Part shown: positions 27,035 to 38,048 of the stretch, piece by piece
Layout of the letters: each line of letters opens with the position of its first letter
Numbering within the stretch: position 1 is the stretch's first letter
DNA from: Octopus bimaculoides
Lineage: Eukaryota
Length of the DNA: 63,655 bases
NCBI RefSeq assembly: GCF_001194135.2
Contig: NC_068991.1
Span: 49,063,295 to 49,126,949 of the forward strand
Direction of reading: 5' to 3'
Made by a program: the position numbers and the translations under genes
Notes under the pieces: model-generated
The model's input: the letters and a program-made list of their open reading frames with translations, nothing else
Databases searched by the model: none
What the model was told of the DNA's origin: nothing

Positions 27035-27391
27035 NNNNNNNNNNNNNNNNNNNNNNNNNNNNNNNNNNNNNNNNNNNNNNNNNNNNNNNNNNNNNNNNNN
27101 NNNNNNNNNNNNNNNNNNNNNNNNNNNNNNNNNNNNNNNNNNNNNNNNNNNNNNNNNNNNNNNNNNNNNNNNNNNNNNNNNNNNNNNNNNNNNNNNNNNN
27201 NNNNNNNNNNNNNNNNNNNNNNNNNNNNNNNNNNNNNNNNNNNNNNNNNNNNNNNNNNNNNNNNNNNNNNNNNNNNNNNNNNNNNNNNNNNNNNNNNNNN
27301 NNNNNNNNNNNNNNNNNNNNNNNNNNNNNNNNNNNNNNNNNNNNNNNNNNNNNNNNNNNNNNNNNNNNNNNNNNNNNNNNNNNNNNNNNNN

Positions 27392-27426
<35 letters not shown>

Positions 27427-30400
27427 TAGCTTTATATCGATGTCAACATTATATATGAATCTCTAGATTATCTGTCTGTATTTGTCAATAATCTCCTTCC
27501 ATATTTCAGCTTCGTGACCTGAGAGCTGTAGGAGTTAAATTCTTCCATGTTCTCTATCCAAAACAGAGTACTGTCTTGCTACGAGAATGTAAGTATTTCC
27601 ATCCATCATTAGTCATCATTATAACCGTCATTCACTTCATCCTCAAATTCTAATTCATCTTACCATTAATCACTGAAAATTCCATTGCTATGAGTCATTA
27701 GTCGAATCTTACAGTTTGTCTATCACTCTTGATTCTTTCCATGAATCATTAGTCATAAATATTATTGTAATTGTTTTTATTATCATCGTTTTAATGTTCG
27801 CTTTTCAATGCATGCATGGGTCAGACATGATTCATTGCAGCAGATTTTCTATGGCCAGATGCCCTTCCTGTTGCCAACCCTCACAATTTTCACAGTAGGG
27901 TAATATTTCCACTTGGCCAGTCACGTTTTCACAAAAGACTGAAAACAAATGACCCTGTTTGTACGAGGGGGTCACTCACTAACGACCATTGCATGATGTC
28001 TGCACAGAGCGACACACATGTATGTATGTATGACAGGCTTCTTTCAGTTTCTACTTGCTAGATCCACTCACAAGGTGCAAAGTAGTGGGACTGAACCTGA
28101 AACCCTGTGGTTGGGAAATGAACTAGCTACTCAACTATACAACCATGCTTGCACCTAAATTAAACTTTTTCAAATCAATCTTACAATTAAACTCTGTAAT
28201 TTCTGTTTCCTTGAGTCATTAATCATTATGAAAATTATCAGTCTCTTTATCCCTAAATTCTAATTAATCTTACAATTAATGACTGTAAACTTTATTTCCA
28301 TGAGTCATTTGTCATAATGGTTATTTTCTTTTTCTGGAACTTCCAATTGATCTATTGATTAATTAATCACTATAATTTTTGTTTCTAATTGCAGGGGATT
28401 TGTGGGGTCCTCTCATTTTATGTGTGTTCTTGGCTTTGTAAGTATGCTTGAACTCCTATTTATGATAAAACCTAAACTTTTCCAATGATGTATATATATA
28501 TATATGTTTGTATATGTGTGTCTGTACTTTTTTTATGTATTTGTGTAGTGTATGTATGCTAGTACATCTGTATGCATTGTGTTTTTCTTGTACATTCGTG
28601 TGTCTGTATGCATATATGTGTATATATATATATCATCATCATCGTTTAACGTCCGCTTTCCATGCTAGCATGGGTTGGACGGTTTGACTGAGGACTGGTG
28701 AAACCGGATGGCAACACCAGGCTCCAATCTAATTTGGCAGAGTTTCTACAGCTGGATGCCCTTCCTAACGCCAACCACTCAGAGAGTGTAGTGGGTGCTT
28801 TTACGTGTCACCCACACGAAAACGGCCACGCTCGAAATGGTGTCTTTTATGTGCCACCCGCACAAGCCAGTCCAGGGGCACTGGCAACATATATATATAT
28901 ATATTTGCAGGTGTGAGTGTGTCTATACGTCTACATGTGTGTATATATATATGTTTGTAAATGTCTGTATATCTGTAGGTGAGTGTATTTGTATACATAC
29001 ACTATTGTAGAACAAAATAATGAAATGGTTGTTTTATTATTTAATATGGCATTGGTCCACCTTTGGCATCAGTCACAATTTTAATAGAGTGAGGTTCTAA
29101 ACAGTTGTTTGAGGGATTTTGTGCTATTCTTCCAGGAAAACCTGCTTTAGCTCTTTCAGCAACAATGTCAGAGGGAAGTGTTTCTTCTCACTGTTCCAAA
29201 ATGTACTGTTACTTCACTTTCCTGCACTTTTTATCAATTTTGAATAAGATTATCTGTGTGAATCAGCTCGTTATTATCCTAGACTATTGTACTGCCATCA
29301 TCAATTATAAGATGGTCCTGTTCTGTCAAAATACTCTGACAATGCTTAATTTTAACTCTATTTCATAGAACAATAAAAGGACCAGGAAAATTCCATTATA
29401 TGGCTGCCCAAATCACAGAGCCACTTCTATTCTTCACAGTTAGGACTAGTCTTCCATGCGGTCTAGGAGGAGGAGCATTATCTTGCTTGGAAACAAGATA
29501 ATGGTGACAGAAAAGGCATCTGTCCATAGAAAATCTTCCTCAGCAAATTCTGTTCAACCAGTGTAAGCATAGGAAAGTGGATGTTATGATGCTAATGAAA
29601 AGCAGTGATATGATATACAATATAAAAATAAGGTCAACTTCATAATTGAATTACTTGTAACATGAAAATTGATACACCATAGTATTAGAATACATGCAAC
29701 ACTAATGTTAAAATATGTGTAGCATCAAGTTTGGAATAAGTGTAACGGCAGAATTGAAATAATGGTAACAATATAATCATCATCATCATCATCCAGTTTT
29801 TTAAATCCATGTTTTGTCCATGTTAACAGGGATGACCAGATCTACCTCAATGTCATAGCAACCACAGTAGGCAGATGCAGCCCACACCAACCTTCAGGCT
29901 GGTTGGTGCCCATTCTCCTTTGCTATTATGAGGCTTTTTTGGAGCTGGATTTTCTACGGGGAGCATGCCCTTGCTTACCCCCAACCTCATTTTCTAGACA
30001 TGTGTGGTCCCAAGACCAAGGCTTCTACCACAATTTTTAAGAAATGTGGTAGAAAACTAACTCAAGAAGGCTGGGACGCTACTCCTTGAAACCCCTTTCA
30101 GAGCCCCCTACCCAATTTAAATCATTATCATTATTTAAATGTCCACTCTTCCATACATGCATGGGCTTGATGGAGTTTATTGAGACAGTTTTTCTCTGAC
30201 TGGATTCCCCTCCCTATAACCAATCCTCACCTATTTCCTAGCAAGGTAATGCATCCCCATGGCTAGACATGTTTTAGTAGAATGTTGGGAATGAATAACA
30301 CAAACTGTATGATAATGCCACTCATTCATAACTATCACACAGTGTCAAGACAAGGACACAAACACACACACACACACACACACCAACACCATGTTGGCCT

Positions 30401-33250
30401 TCCTATCAGTTTCCGTCTACAAAATCCACTCACAAGACTTTGGTCAACCTGTCGCTATAGTAGAAGAGACTTGACCAAGGTGCCACACAGTGGGACAGGA
30501 CTTGAATGTATGTGGTTGGGGAGCACAGCCATAAATGTGCGCCCACTATTGAAACATGTAACACCAAGATTGAAATAAATGTGACAGCACGATGCAATAA
30601 TTAACAGAAAATTTTAATTGATTATTAAACGAATAAATAAACAATCATTAGCATAAAAGAAGACTTTGTTCATATGTATATTTCATTTCAGGATGCTTCA
30701 GAGTTCACCACAACACCTTGACCAGCAGTTATCTGGTGGACCAGAATTTTCTGAGGTGTTTGTCATATTTTGGGTTGGATCTGTAGTTGTAACTCTAAAT
30801 TCTAAATTACTTGGTGGAAATATGTAAGTATTATATTGTATATATTGCATTTATATGAGTCTGTGGTGTGTATGTAGATTTTAGTGAAAATGTATACATA
30901 TATGTAAACCTACTTAGTAGAAACACAAGCATGGTAAATTTAACTACACTGAACCACAAAAGAAACAAGAGATGTGTATGACTGAAATATGTTTTAATTT
31001 CATTATGTCAGAGATAAATTTTGATAAATCTGATAAAGTCAATTTCTTAGATGCACTTTGACCACAGTCTATGAGTCGTCATGTGTTCTGGTAGTGGGCT
31101 GATCCAGCACATTGAGATTGTAGGGCATGACATGTTCAATATGATGTATACCCTCCCTGCGTGTTCAAAACGGCCATACATCGTCGATACATGCAGTAGA
31201 TGAGGCAGCTCACAAAAGCCATTGGCACCTGTATCCATACCCTGAGGAAAATTGCCTCCAGTTCCACACGAGTTGCTGGCCTTGGGACCACCTGGCTCAG
31301 TTGTCTCTGGATTTCATCCCACAGGTGTTCAATAGGGTTCAAATTCAGGCTGAGAGCCAGTCACAGCATGGTTCTGATGCTGGGAGTCCATGGTGACCCT
31401 GGCTGTGTGGGAGGGAGCATTGTACTGCTGGAACACATGGCTATGGTGACATGTGAAGAAAAGGCACGATGTGAGCTCTTAGGATTTGGCTAATGTAGTG
31501 CTGTGCTGTGATGCCATTCTTTCTGCCTGTGCCAACATTTTGGAACACATGGTGACCAATTCTCTGATTCAGGCCTATAGCACCTCAAACATGATGCTTT
31601 GGCCACCCCATACATCTCTGCAGTGTTCACCCCTCCTATGCCACACCTTCACTCTGCCATCCAAAGTGGAAATGCAGTACTGGCTCTCGTCAGAGAAGAC
31701 TATCGGCCTCCATTGTTGATACCACCAATGTCGGTGCTGTGTAACCCATTGAAGTCATGCCTGACGGTGGCAAGTGGTGAGGACAGGCCCTCAAGCAAGA
31801 CAATGGTAACACAGGTTGTTGGCAGCTAGTCAACGTCATACCATCTCATCACTGATGGGTCGCTGTCCAGTGCCAATGGGTTCGTGAGCTGCCATGCTGA
31901 CCAGTCTGAAGCGATCACAGAGGTTTTGCAAGTGGATGAAGTGGTCCTATGGCAGTATAACCTGTTATCCTATTCAATTATGTTAATGGAGTTATTGGAA
32001 AGATAGCTTATTGATATGACATCATCTTCTTGATTTCTTTCAGTTCATTCTTCCAAAGTGTGTGTGTTCTTGGCTACTGTGTCACACCACTTGCCATTGC
32101 ACTTACAATTTGCCGCTTGATTCTCCTTGCTCATCAGACGACAGCTCTCTTCATCGTTCGCTTTTGTATTATTTTCCTTTCCTTCGGATGGTCTACATTT
32201 GGTAAGTTCTTTCATCTTTTAATTATTTGTCTTTGTTTTTAAACAGGAAATATCTGAAATTAGGGCATTGCATCACTGACCGAATATATGGTCAACAATG
32301 GAAATCTATTATAGCTTCTGTGTTGTGCCCTGCTGGCCACAGTCCTTCTGGCTGACAACAGGTGTCACTTCTGCTTTATGCTTTACTAACTATATGCACA
32401 ACATTCAGCTGTAGAAAGCCATTACCCCTTCAGAGAAGAAAATACAATTTTTTTAACTGCATGTAGTATGCAACACTCGGTAAATCTTTCCTTTAAATTC
32501 ATCAGTCAACTGATGGCATTCACCATCTGATGGTGAATGCCTTTTAATCATACATTTTAAATTTATATTACATTCTTCCTTTGAGATTTCTTGTTCATTT
32601 TCTGTCATATATCATCATCATTTAACATCCATTTTCCATGCTGGCATGGGTTGGATGGCTTGAGGAGCTGGCAAGCCAGAGGACTTCACCAAGTCCACTC
32701 CGTTTTGACATGACTTTTATGGCTGGATGCCTTTCCTAATGCCAACCACTCTATAGATTGGACTCTGTGCTTTGCACATGGCTACAGCACTGGCAAGGTC
32801 TGTTTTGGTATGATTTTTATGACTGGATGCTCTTCCTAATGAAAGGGTTAATCTTTCAGCACACATACAAGGAGGTGCTGAAAAGTTCCTGGCTTTAAGG
32901 ATATCGCCCAACCTTCAGAATTCTTTTTACAGGGCTTAGAAAAACTAAAGGAGCGCTGTAATAAATGTGTGAATTCGAGAGGGGAATATGTTGAATAAAA
33001 TTATTAACTTCCTAATGCCAACCACTTTACAATGTGGACTGGGTGCCTTTTATGTGGCACCAGCACTGGCGAAGTCTACTTTGGCATGTTTTTTTTTTAC
33101 AGCTAGATATTTATATTTCTCTTTGTCTTTTCAGCTGCCACTGCCTTCCTGGGAGATATCCAATCACACAGGAGGAAAGTACTTGCCATGTACCCCATAT
33201 TTCTGTTTTACTTTATCATCAGCTGGTTGGCTATTTCACACACAAGCTAA
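19084..33250 (+). CDS. YIPF6: YIPF6 (Yip1 domain family member 6), complete spliced CDS of 7 exons, 669 nt, 222 aa
   Basis: Assembled translation MADVDFHGDQ-DDLNDVPLEGDMTVP...STLDEPVKDTV-LRDLRAVGVKFFHVLYPKQSTVLLRE-WDLWGPLILCVFLAL-MLQSSP...GGPEFSEVFVIFWVGSVVVTLNSKLLGGNI-SFFQSVCVLGYCVTPLAIALTICRLILL...FGWSTF-AATAFLGDIQSHRRKVLAMYPIFLFYFIISWLAISHTS*. It matches recalled YIPF6 motifs (WDLWGPL, TLNSKLLGG, SFFQSxCVLGYC, YPxFLFYF). All introns are GT-AG and the phases join without stops. Confidence 0.95.
20682..21175 (+). repeat. 105-bp tandem array derived from SINE family B
   Basis: Unit starts at 20682, 20787, 20892 and 20997; near-identical copies; interrupted by 10-N gaps. Confidence 0.85.
21699..23690 (+). 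repeat. Local direct duplication of about 250 bp (21699-21960 and about 23447-23690)
   Basis: TGCCAACTACTCCACAGAGTGT...CAGCACAAGGTTTTATTGCAGTTAATTAAGAGTGTGAAAGAAATATGTGCTATCATG...CTATTTGGACT is present twice. Confidence 0.9.
22116..22395. mobile_element. Fold-back MITE-like element in YIPF6 intron 1
   Basis: About 130-bp diverged inverted arms (AATCTTTATTCAG...GTGCTTGGTGT / ACACCAAGCAC...CTGAATTAAGATT) around a short spacer. Confidence 0.8.
24553..24935 (+). mobile_element. SINE family A plus family C composite
   Basis: GTGTGGCTGTGTGGTAAGAAGCTTG...GACTGAAACAAGTAAAAG. Confidence 0.85.
25237..25528 (-). mobile_element. GC-rich tRNA-derived SINE (distinct family)
   Basis: Minus-strand head TGGAGGCGCAATGGCCCAGTGGTTAGGG...GGTTTCGATTCCC has Pol III A/B-box-like motifs. 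Confidence 0.75.
26376..26575 (+). mobile_element. SINE family B copy just upstream of the YIPF6 exon 2 acceptor
   Basis: AAGGCAGCGAGCTGGCAGAATCGTTAGC...GACTTTGCCTTTTATCCTTTCGG. Confidence 0.85.
26602..26712 (+). CDS. YIPF6: YIPF6 coding exon 2 (111 nt)
   Basis: tttatcctttcag| acceptor, GTG|gtgagt donor. DVPLEGDMTVP...STLDEPVKDTV resembles DIPVEGEITIP...STLNESVRNTI. Confidence 0.93.
27510..27588 (+). CDS. YIPF6: YIPF6 coding exon 3 (79 nt)
   Basis: atatttcag| acceptor, |gtaagt donor; LRDLRAVGVKFFHVLYPKQSTVLLRE. Confidence 0.96.
28395..28437 (+). CDS. YIPF6: YIPF6 coding exon 4 (43 nt)
   Basis: ctaattgcag| acceptor, |gtaagt donor; WDLWGPLILCVFLAL. Confidence 0.96.
28634..28880 (-). mobile_element. 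Retroposon 3' end with (TGA)n tail (RTE-like tail), young copy
   Basis: Near-identical to 37107-37290; ends GCATGGAAAGCGGACGTTAAACGATGATGATG on minus. Confidence 0.7.
30692..30823 (+). CDS. YIPF6: YIPF6 coding exon 5 (132 nt)
   Basis: tttcatttcag| acceptor, |gtaagt donor; MLQ...GGPEFSEVFVIFWVGSVVVTLNSKLLGGNI. Confidence 0.96.
30946..31970 (-). mobile_element. Tc1-like (DD34E) transposase relic with one terminal repeat, in YIPF6 intron 5
   Basis: DHFIHLQNL..., VFSDESQYCISTLDGRVKVW and NPIEHLWDEIQRQL...RRCMAVLNTQGGYTSY*. The end TACACTGAACCACAAAAGAAAC at 30946 is Tc1 TIR-like. Confidence 0.9.
32044..32201 (+). CDS. YIPF6: YIPF6 coding exon 6 (158 nt)
   Basis: ttgatttctttcag| acceptor, G|gtaagt donor; SFFQSVCVLGYCVTPLAIALTICRLILL. 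Confidence 0.96.
32861..33003 (+). mobile_element. Internally deleted mariner remnant
   Basis: TIR-like GAGGTGCTGAAAAGTTCCTGGCTTT joined to the transposase C-terminus GLEKLKERCNKCVNSRGEYVE*. Confidence 0.7.
33135..33250 (+). CDS. YIPF6: YIPF6 coding exon 7 (116 nt to TAA stop)
   Basis: ctttgtcttttcag| acceptor; ATAFLGDIQSHRRKVLAMYPIFLFYFIISWLAISHTS*. Confidence 0.95.
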
Positions 33251-34369
33251 TGGATACTACAACTACTACTTCTGAGAGAATCACACACAAACAGAGACTA
33301 TTTTACTGACAATGCTTCATCATCCTTTGACATCAGGAATATTAATATTATGTGTCGCATCTGTGTTTCTTCTCACCGGTGTCATACTGGTCTGGAAAAG
33401 AACAAGAGCCTATGCCTAAATATTGATCCAAAATGTTCAATATTTCTGTCAGTTGCATGTAAGAGCCTGGGAGATTTTGGTATCATGTTTTTGTTTTTTT
33501 TACTCAAAGCATACAACTGACTTCTTATATATAGTTTATTATGTGTAAACATAACAAACATTGTTCTGGGGCCTGACTTTTGTAACATAGGAATGCCTGA
33601 ACTTCTATGGTCATGTATTACTGCTCAAAACCATTCCATCTTATATACATATAAAACATATAAATATGAAATATAACATACATACATGTGTTGGTATAAT
33701 ATATGTAACACATACACACACATGTATAATGCACTATATATATATAAAATATTTATATATGTAATAATATATAATTTACTATTTATCTTCTTTAACTATA
33801 TATATATCTATAACATATATATATAAATATTGTATATATAACTGCATATGTATATAAATGATTAATTGTTTATCTTTTAATATTTATTTCATATATTTTA
33901 ATTGTATTGGATTATTAAAAAGAATATATACCCACACACACATATATATGTGTGCCTACACTATATATTCTGTATATTTGGTAATGGTAGAGGAAGGGGC
34001 ATTACAAATTCAGCTCATTTTCATTTGATAGTTCCCATAGGAACAGTAATTTCAGCTGCTGTGAAGCTTGACAAGTCTAACATTTCAACCCTTTTTGCTG
34101 TTCATCTGAAAGTAAAGAACCTTGAGAAACTATTATCACTGTGGTTGCTTGCTAGAACAAAAATAAGACCAACACACCATTTGTTGCACCTCTTCTCACA
34201 ACAGTTAGAACTTCTCAAATTCTTCTGTAAACTAATGGTTATCCAGGTATAGGAAGCACCAGTTTCCTTGGATTCAATCTCTTCACGTCACTTTCATTTG
34301 GTTTATTTGATCAGCTAATTAGGATAGAACATACTCAAATTGATTAGTTTTATTTTACTATATTATCAA

Positions 34370-35860
34370 CAAGGAAGAAAACTGGCAGAATTGTTAGAGG
34401 GTCAAACAAAATGTTTAGCTACATTTCTTCTGACTCTTTCTATTCCCAGTTCAAATTCCACTAAGATCAACTTTACCTTTCACCTTTTTTGGGGGGTCAA
34501 TATAAATAAAGTATCAGTTGAATATTGAGGCCAATGCAATCAACTGTCCTCTTCCCGTGAATTTCAGGTCTTGTGCCTGTAATAAGAAGAATTACTATTA
34601 TTAATGTTTATGAGACAGTAACTTGACAGAATGAATCATTAGTGCACTGAACAAAATGCTTAGCAGCATTTCTTTCTGCCTTACATTCTGAGTTTAAGTA
34701 CTGTTGAGGTCAACTTTGCCTTCCATCTTTTCAGAGTCAATCAAATAAGTACCTAAAGTTGATGGCCATATGCCAAAATTTGTATCAATTATCATCATCA
34801 GTATTATTATTATTGAAAAAGGCATGAACCTCACAAATGCTCATTGGAAAAGACATAACTACAATTTCTTCTTAAATCATGATTACATCTGTCCTACTTT
34901 ACTATAGTAAAAGAAATAATCATTTTAAAGATGGCAGATCTGTTGCTTATAACTTTGAACCAAACCAAACTAGATCCTTTCCTGTGAAAATCTCTGTGCC
35001 TTGTTGTGAGTTCAGTACTCACTGGTACCAAACTTTCCTTTCCTTTCCTTTCCTTTAGGTCAATAAAAAAACATTGCTTCTTATGTTTTAGCTTCAATTT
35101 ATTCAACAATCTTCTGAACCCCACTCCCATCCTTGTTACATTAATCTTACATTTGTGGTAGATACAGCACATTGTTGTTATTATTAAGAAGGCAGCAAGT
35201 TTGGCAGAACTGTTAGCACACCGGGCAAAATGCTTAGCGGCATTTTGTCTATCTTGACGTTCTGAGTTCAAATTCTGCCAAGGTCAACTTTGCCTTTCAT
35301 CCTTTCAGGACAAGTAAATTTAAGAACTAGTGAAACACTGGGATCGATGTAATTTGCTAGCCCCCCCCCCCCTCAAAACTTCAGGCCTTGTGCCTTTAAT
35401 AGAAAGGATTATTAAGGCAGTGGCATTCTGGTATAATCATTAGCATGCCAGACAAAATGCTTAGTGGCATTTTGTCTACCTTTACATTCTGAGTTCAAAT
35501 TCAACTGTCAACTTTGCCTTTCATCCTTTTGGGGTTGATGAAATAAGTACCAGTGGCATACTGGGGGTCGATATAATTGACTAGTTCCTCCTGCAAAATT
35601 TCTGGCCTTGTGTTTTTAGTAAAAAGGGTTCTTATTAAGATGGCAAGCTAGCAGAATCATACTGCATTGGACAAGAAATGCATAGTAGCTTTTCTTCTGA
35701 CTCTTTACACTCTGAGTTCCAATTCTACTGGGGTCAATTTTGCCTTTCACCCTTTCAAGGTCATTAAAACAAAGTACGAAACAAGTACTGGGGTTGATGT
35801 AATCAAATTACATTCTCCCCTAAAATTACTGGCCTTGTGCCTATAGTAGAAAGCATTATT
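34370..35860 (+). mobile_element. Chain of about five head-to-tail SINE family B copies downstream of the YIPF6 stop
   Basis: Repeated CTGGCAGAA...AATGCTTAG...CAACTTTGCCTTTCATCC...GGCCTTGTGCC units, all in the same orientation and CpG-depleted. Confidence 0.85.
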
Positions 35861-36263
35861 TTAAACCTGGTACTTATCCTATTGGCTGCCTTTTGCTAAA
35901 CCGCTAAGTTATGGGGGTGTAAATAAACCAAAACCAGTTGTCAAGTGGTGATGAGGGCAAACACAAAGATTCGCGCACACACACACATCTATATTACACT
36001 AAAACTCAGTTTGTTTTCCTGCCATTTGATTAAGATGATAAAGATTACAAATAAAATAGTCATTTCCTCCTTTAAGGAAAGAAAAAAACTCTACTTGAAT
36101 GTGTTGTCACTTCAAAGAGTTGTTGCAGCTACCGCCATCCGTCCTTTTTCCTTGCTTTCTTTTTTCTTCTCTTAATCATTTATACAACTTTCGACGTACC
36201 GTGGACTGAAAGATAGAAATTCTCCCTATATTTTTATGTGATAGTTTTTGAATCATGGGTACT

Positions 36264-36313
<50 letters not shown>

Positions 36314-36359
36314 CTTAAAGAAGAAAATTACTTTTCTATTATCATCTTAATCAAAAGGC

Positions 36360-37030
36360 AGAAAGACAGAGACTATCTTTTTATTGACGAAGATCTGTTG
36401 CAATGGGAAGAGCTGAATCTCATAAGAATAGTAAAACAAACAACAACAAACAAGTTGCACCTTATAATGAAACACTTTTAAGGGCATTCAAATGCTGCTG
36501 CAACATTGGAATCGTTGCCTCTTTGAGGTAAATTCAGTACGTCATCAAGTACATGCTGAAAGAAAGTGACCAAACTGCCTTTCAAATAAACAACGATAAT
36601 GAAGTTAGTCAATCTGTAATGGGTAGGTTTAATGGATCATCCGAAACAATGGTATCCATTTTAAGATTTTCAATTCATGAAAGAGTTCTTGCAATAGTGA
36701 GACTGAAAGTTCATCTACCAGATGAACAAAAGATATTGCTCAGAAATAATGGGGATATATATGGCTGTCAATGAACGATATATAAGAACTACATTGACAG
36801 AATTCTTTTCATTGTGCATCAATGATGACTTTGTAAAAACATTACTTTATGTTAAGGTACTCATGTATTTCACTTGGAACAGTAGTAACAAAGAATGGCA
36901 AAGAAGAAAGCGAGGAAAACAAGTTGAAGGCCATTTGAACGTCTTCAAAGAAGAAACATTTGGTCATGTTTATGTTGTCACACCAAAGGCAAGAGAGCTG
37001 TATTATTTAAGAATTTTATTGCATGAAGTT
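36360..37030 (+). mobile_element. Helitron Rep-helicase (RepHel) pseudogene fragment
   Basis: VAPYNETLLRAFKCCCNI...YVIKYMLKESDQ...FSIHERVLAIVRLKVHLPDEQ...TTLTEFFSLC...LLY...YFTWNSSNKEWQRRKRG...GHVYVVTPKARELYYLRILLHEV follows the Helitron Rep-to-helicase linker consensus, with stops and a frameshift. Confidence 0.88.
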
Positions 37031-37106
37031 TGAAATAGTATTTTTTCCTTTGCTGCTGTGCGCATCAACATTTTCAACTTGGAGTGGTTGTAACCCAACA
37101 GGGGCA

Positions 37107-37290
37107 CATCATCATCATCATCGTTTAACGTCCGCTTTCCATGCTAGCATGGGTTGGACGATTTGACTGAGGACTGGTGAAACCAGATGGCTACACCAGG
37201 CTCCAATCTGATTTGGCAGAGTTTCTACAGCTGGATGCCCTTCCTAACGCCAACCACTCTGAGAGTGTAGTGGGTGCTTTTACGTGTCAC
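37107..37290 (-). mobile_element. Retroposon 3' end with (TGA)n tail, sister of 28634-28880
   Basis: Direct near-identity with 28634-28810. Confidence 0.7.
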
Positions 37291-37747
37291 GGTGGGCTTT
37301 CAGTTTCACTCTACCAAATACACTTTCACAAGGCTTTACTCAGGCTGGAGCTATTGTGGAAGACACTTATTGAAGGTGCCACGCAGCAAGACTGAACCCA
37401 AGTACACATATTTAGGAAGCAAGCTTCTTACCATACAGCTTCGCCTGCGCCTATAGATGTATATATGTGTAAGAACATACTCCCTCGTCTCTTTGCCCTC
37501 TGTCTCTAAGATTCATACTCAACTTGTGCAAAGTGTTTATTTATTCATTGCCAGCTACTAAGCCTAATATGTGCTCTCATCCTGCACCTCTGATGTTAAC
37601 TTTCTTTGTATCTCTGTTTTACTCTTTCCTCCTTTCTTTGTACACTATAAAGCTTGACTAGAATAATCAACCAATGAATAGTTATTTCTATCCCTATTAT
37701 ACAGAGATAGTTCATTCTTCATCATGCTGATCAATAAGAATTTAAAC

Positions 37748-38048
37748 CAGTAGTTTTCAACCATTTTTTACCTATGATCCCTTTTGGTTACTATTGTATT
37801 CTGGTGGAAGCCCGTAACCATTCGATGCTTAAATGCTAACTTTAAAGATATTTCTTTCAGAAATCTTATTTTGTTATTCACACATTAACCTGTGAAAACG
37901 TCAGAGAAAGAAACATAACTGTTTCTTACAATACATTTAAAGCTAAACGTTTCATGGACCCTTAAGATATTACAGTGGATCCCTAATTTACTATTTTGCT
38001 TGTGTAGAATCCCCAAAATCTTATATGGTTCCCGGTTGAGAACTGTTG
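37748..38048. mobile_element. Non-autonomous hAT (Charlie-like) MITE with an 8-bp TSD
   Basis: TIRs CAGTAGTTTTCAACC / GGTTGAGAACTGTTG; identical flanks ATTTAAAC at 37740-37747 and 38049-38056. Confidence 0.9.

Noticed and set aside
32250-32470. Possible 5' end of the intron 5 Tc1 lying beyond exon 6, which would make the element straddle an exon
   Set aside because: The end at about 32468 does not match the TIR at 30946, and exon 6 is an ancient conserved exon
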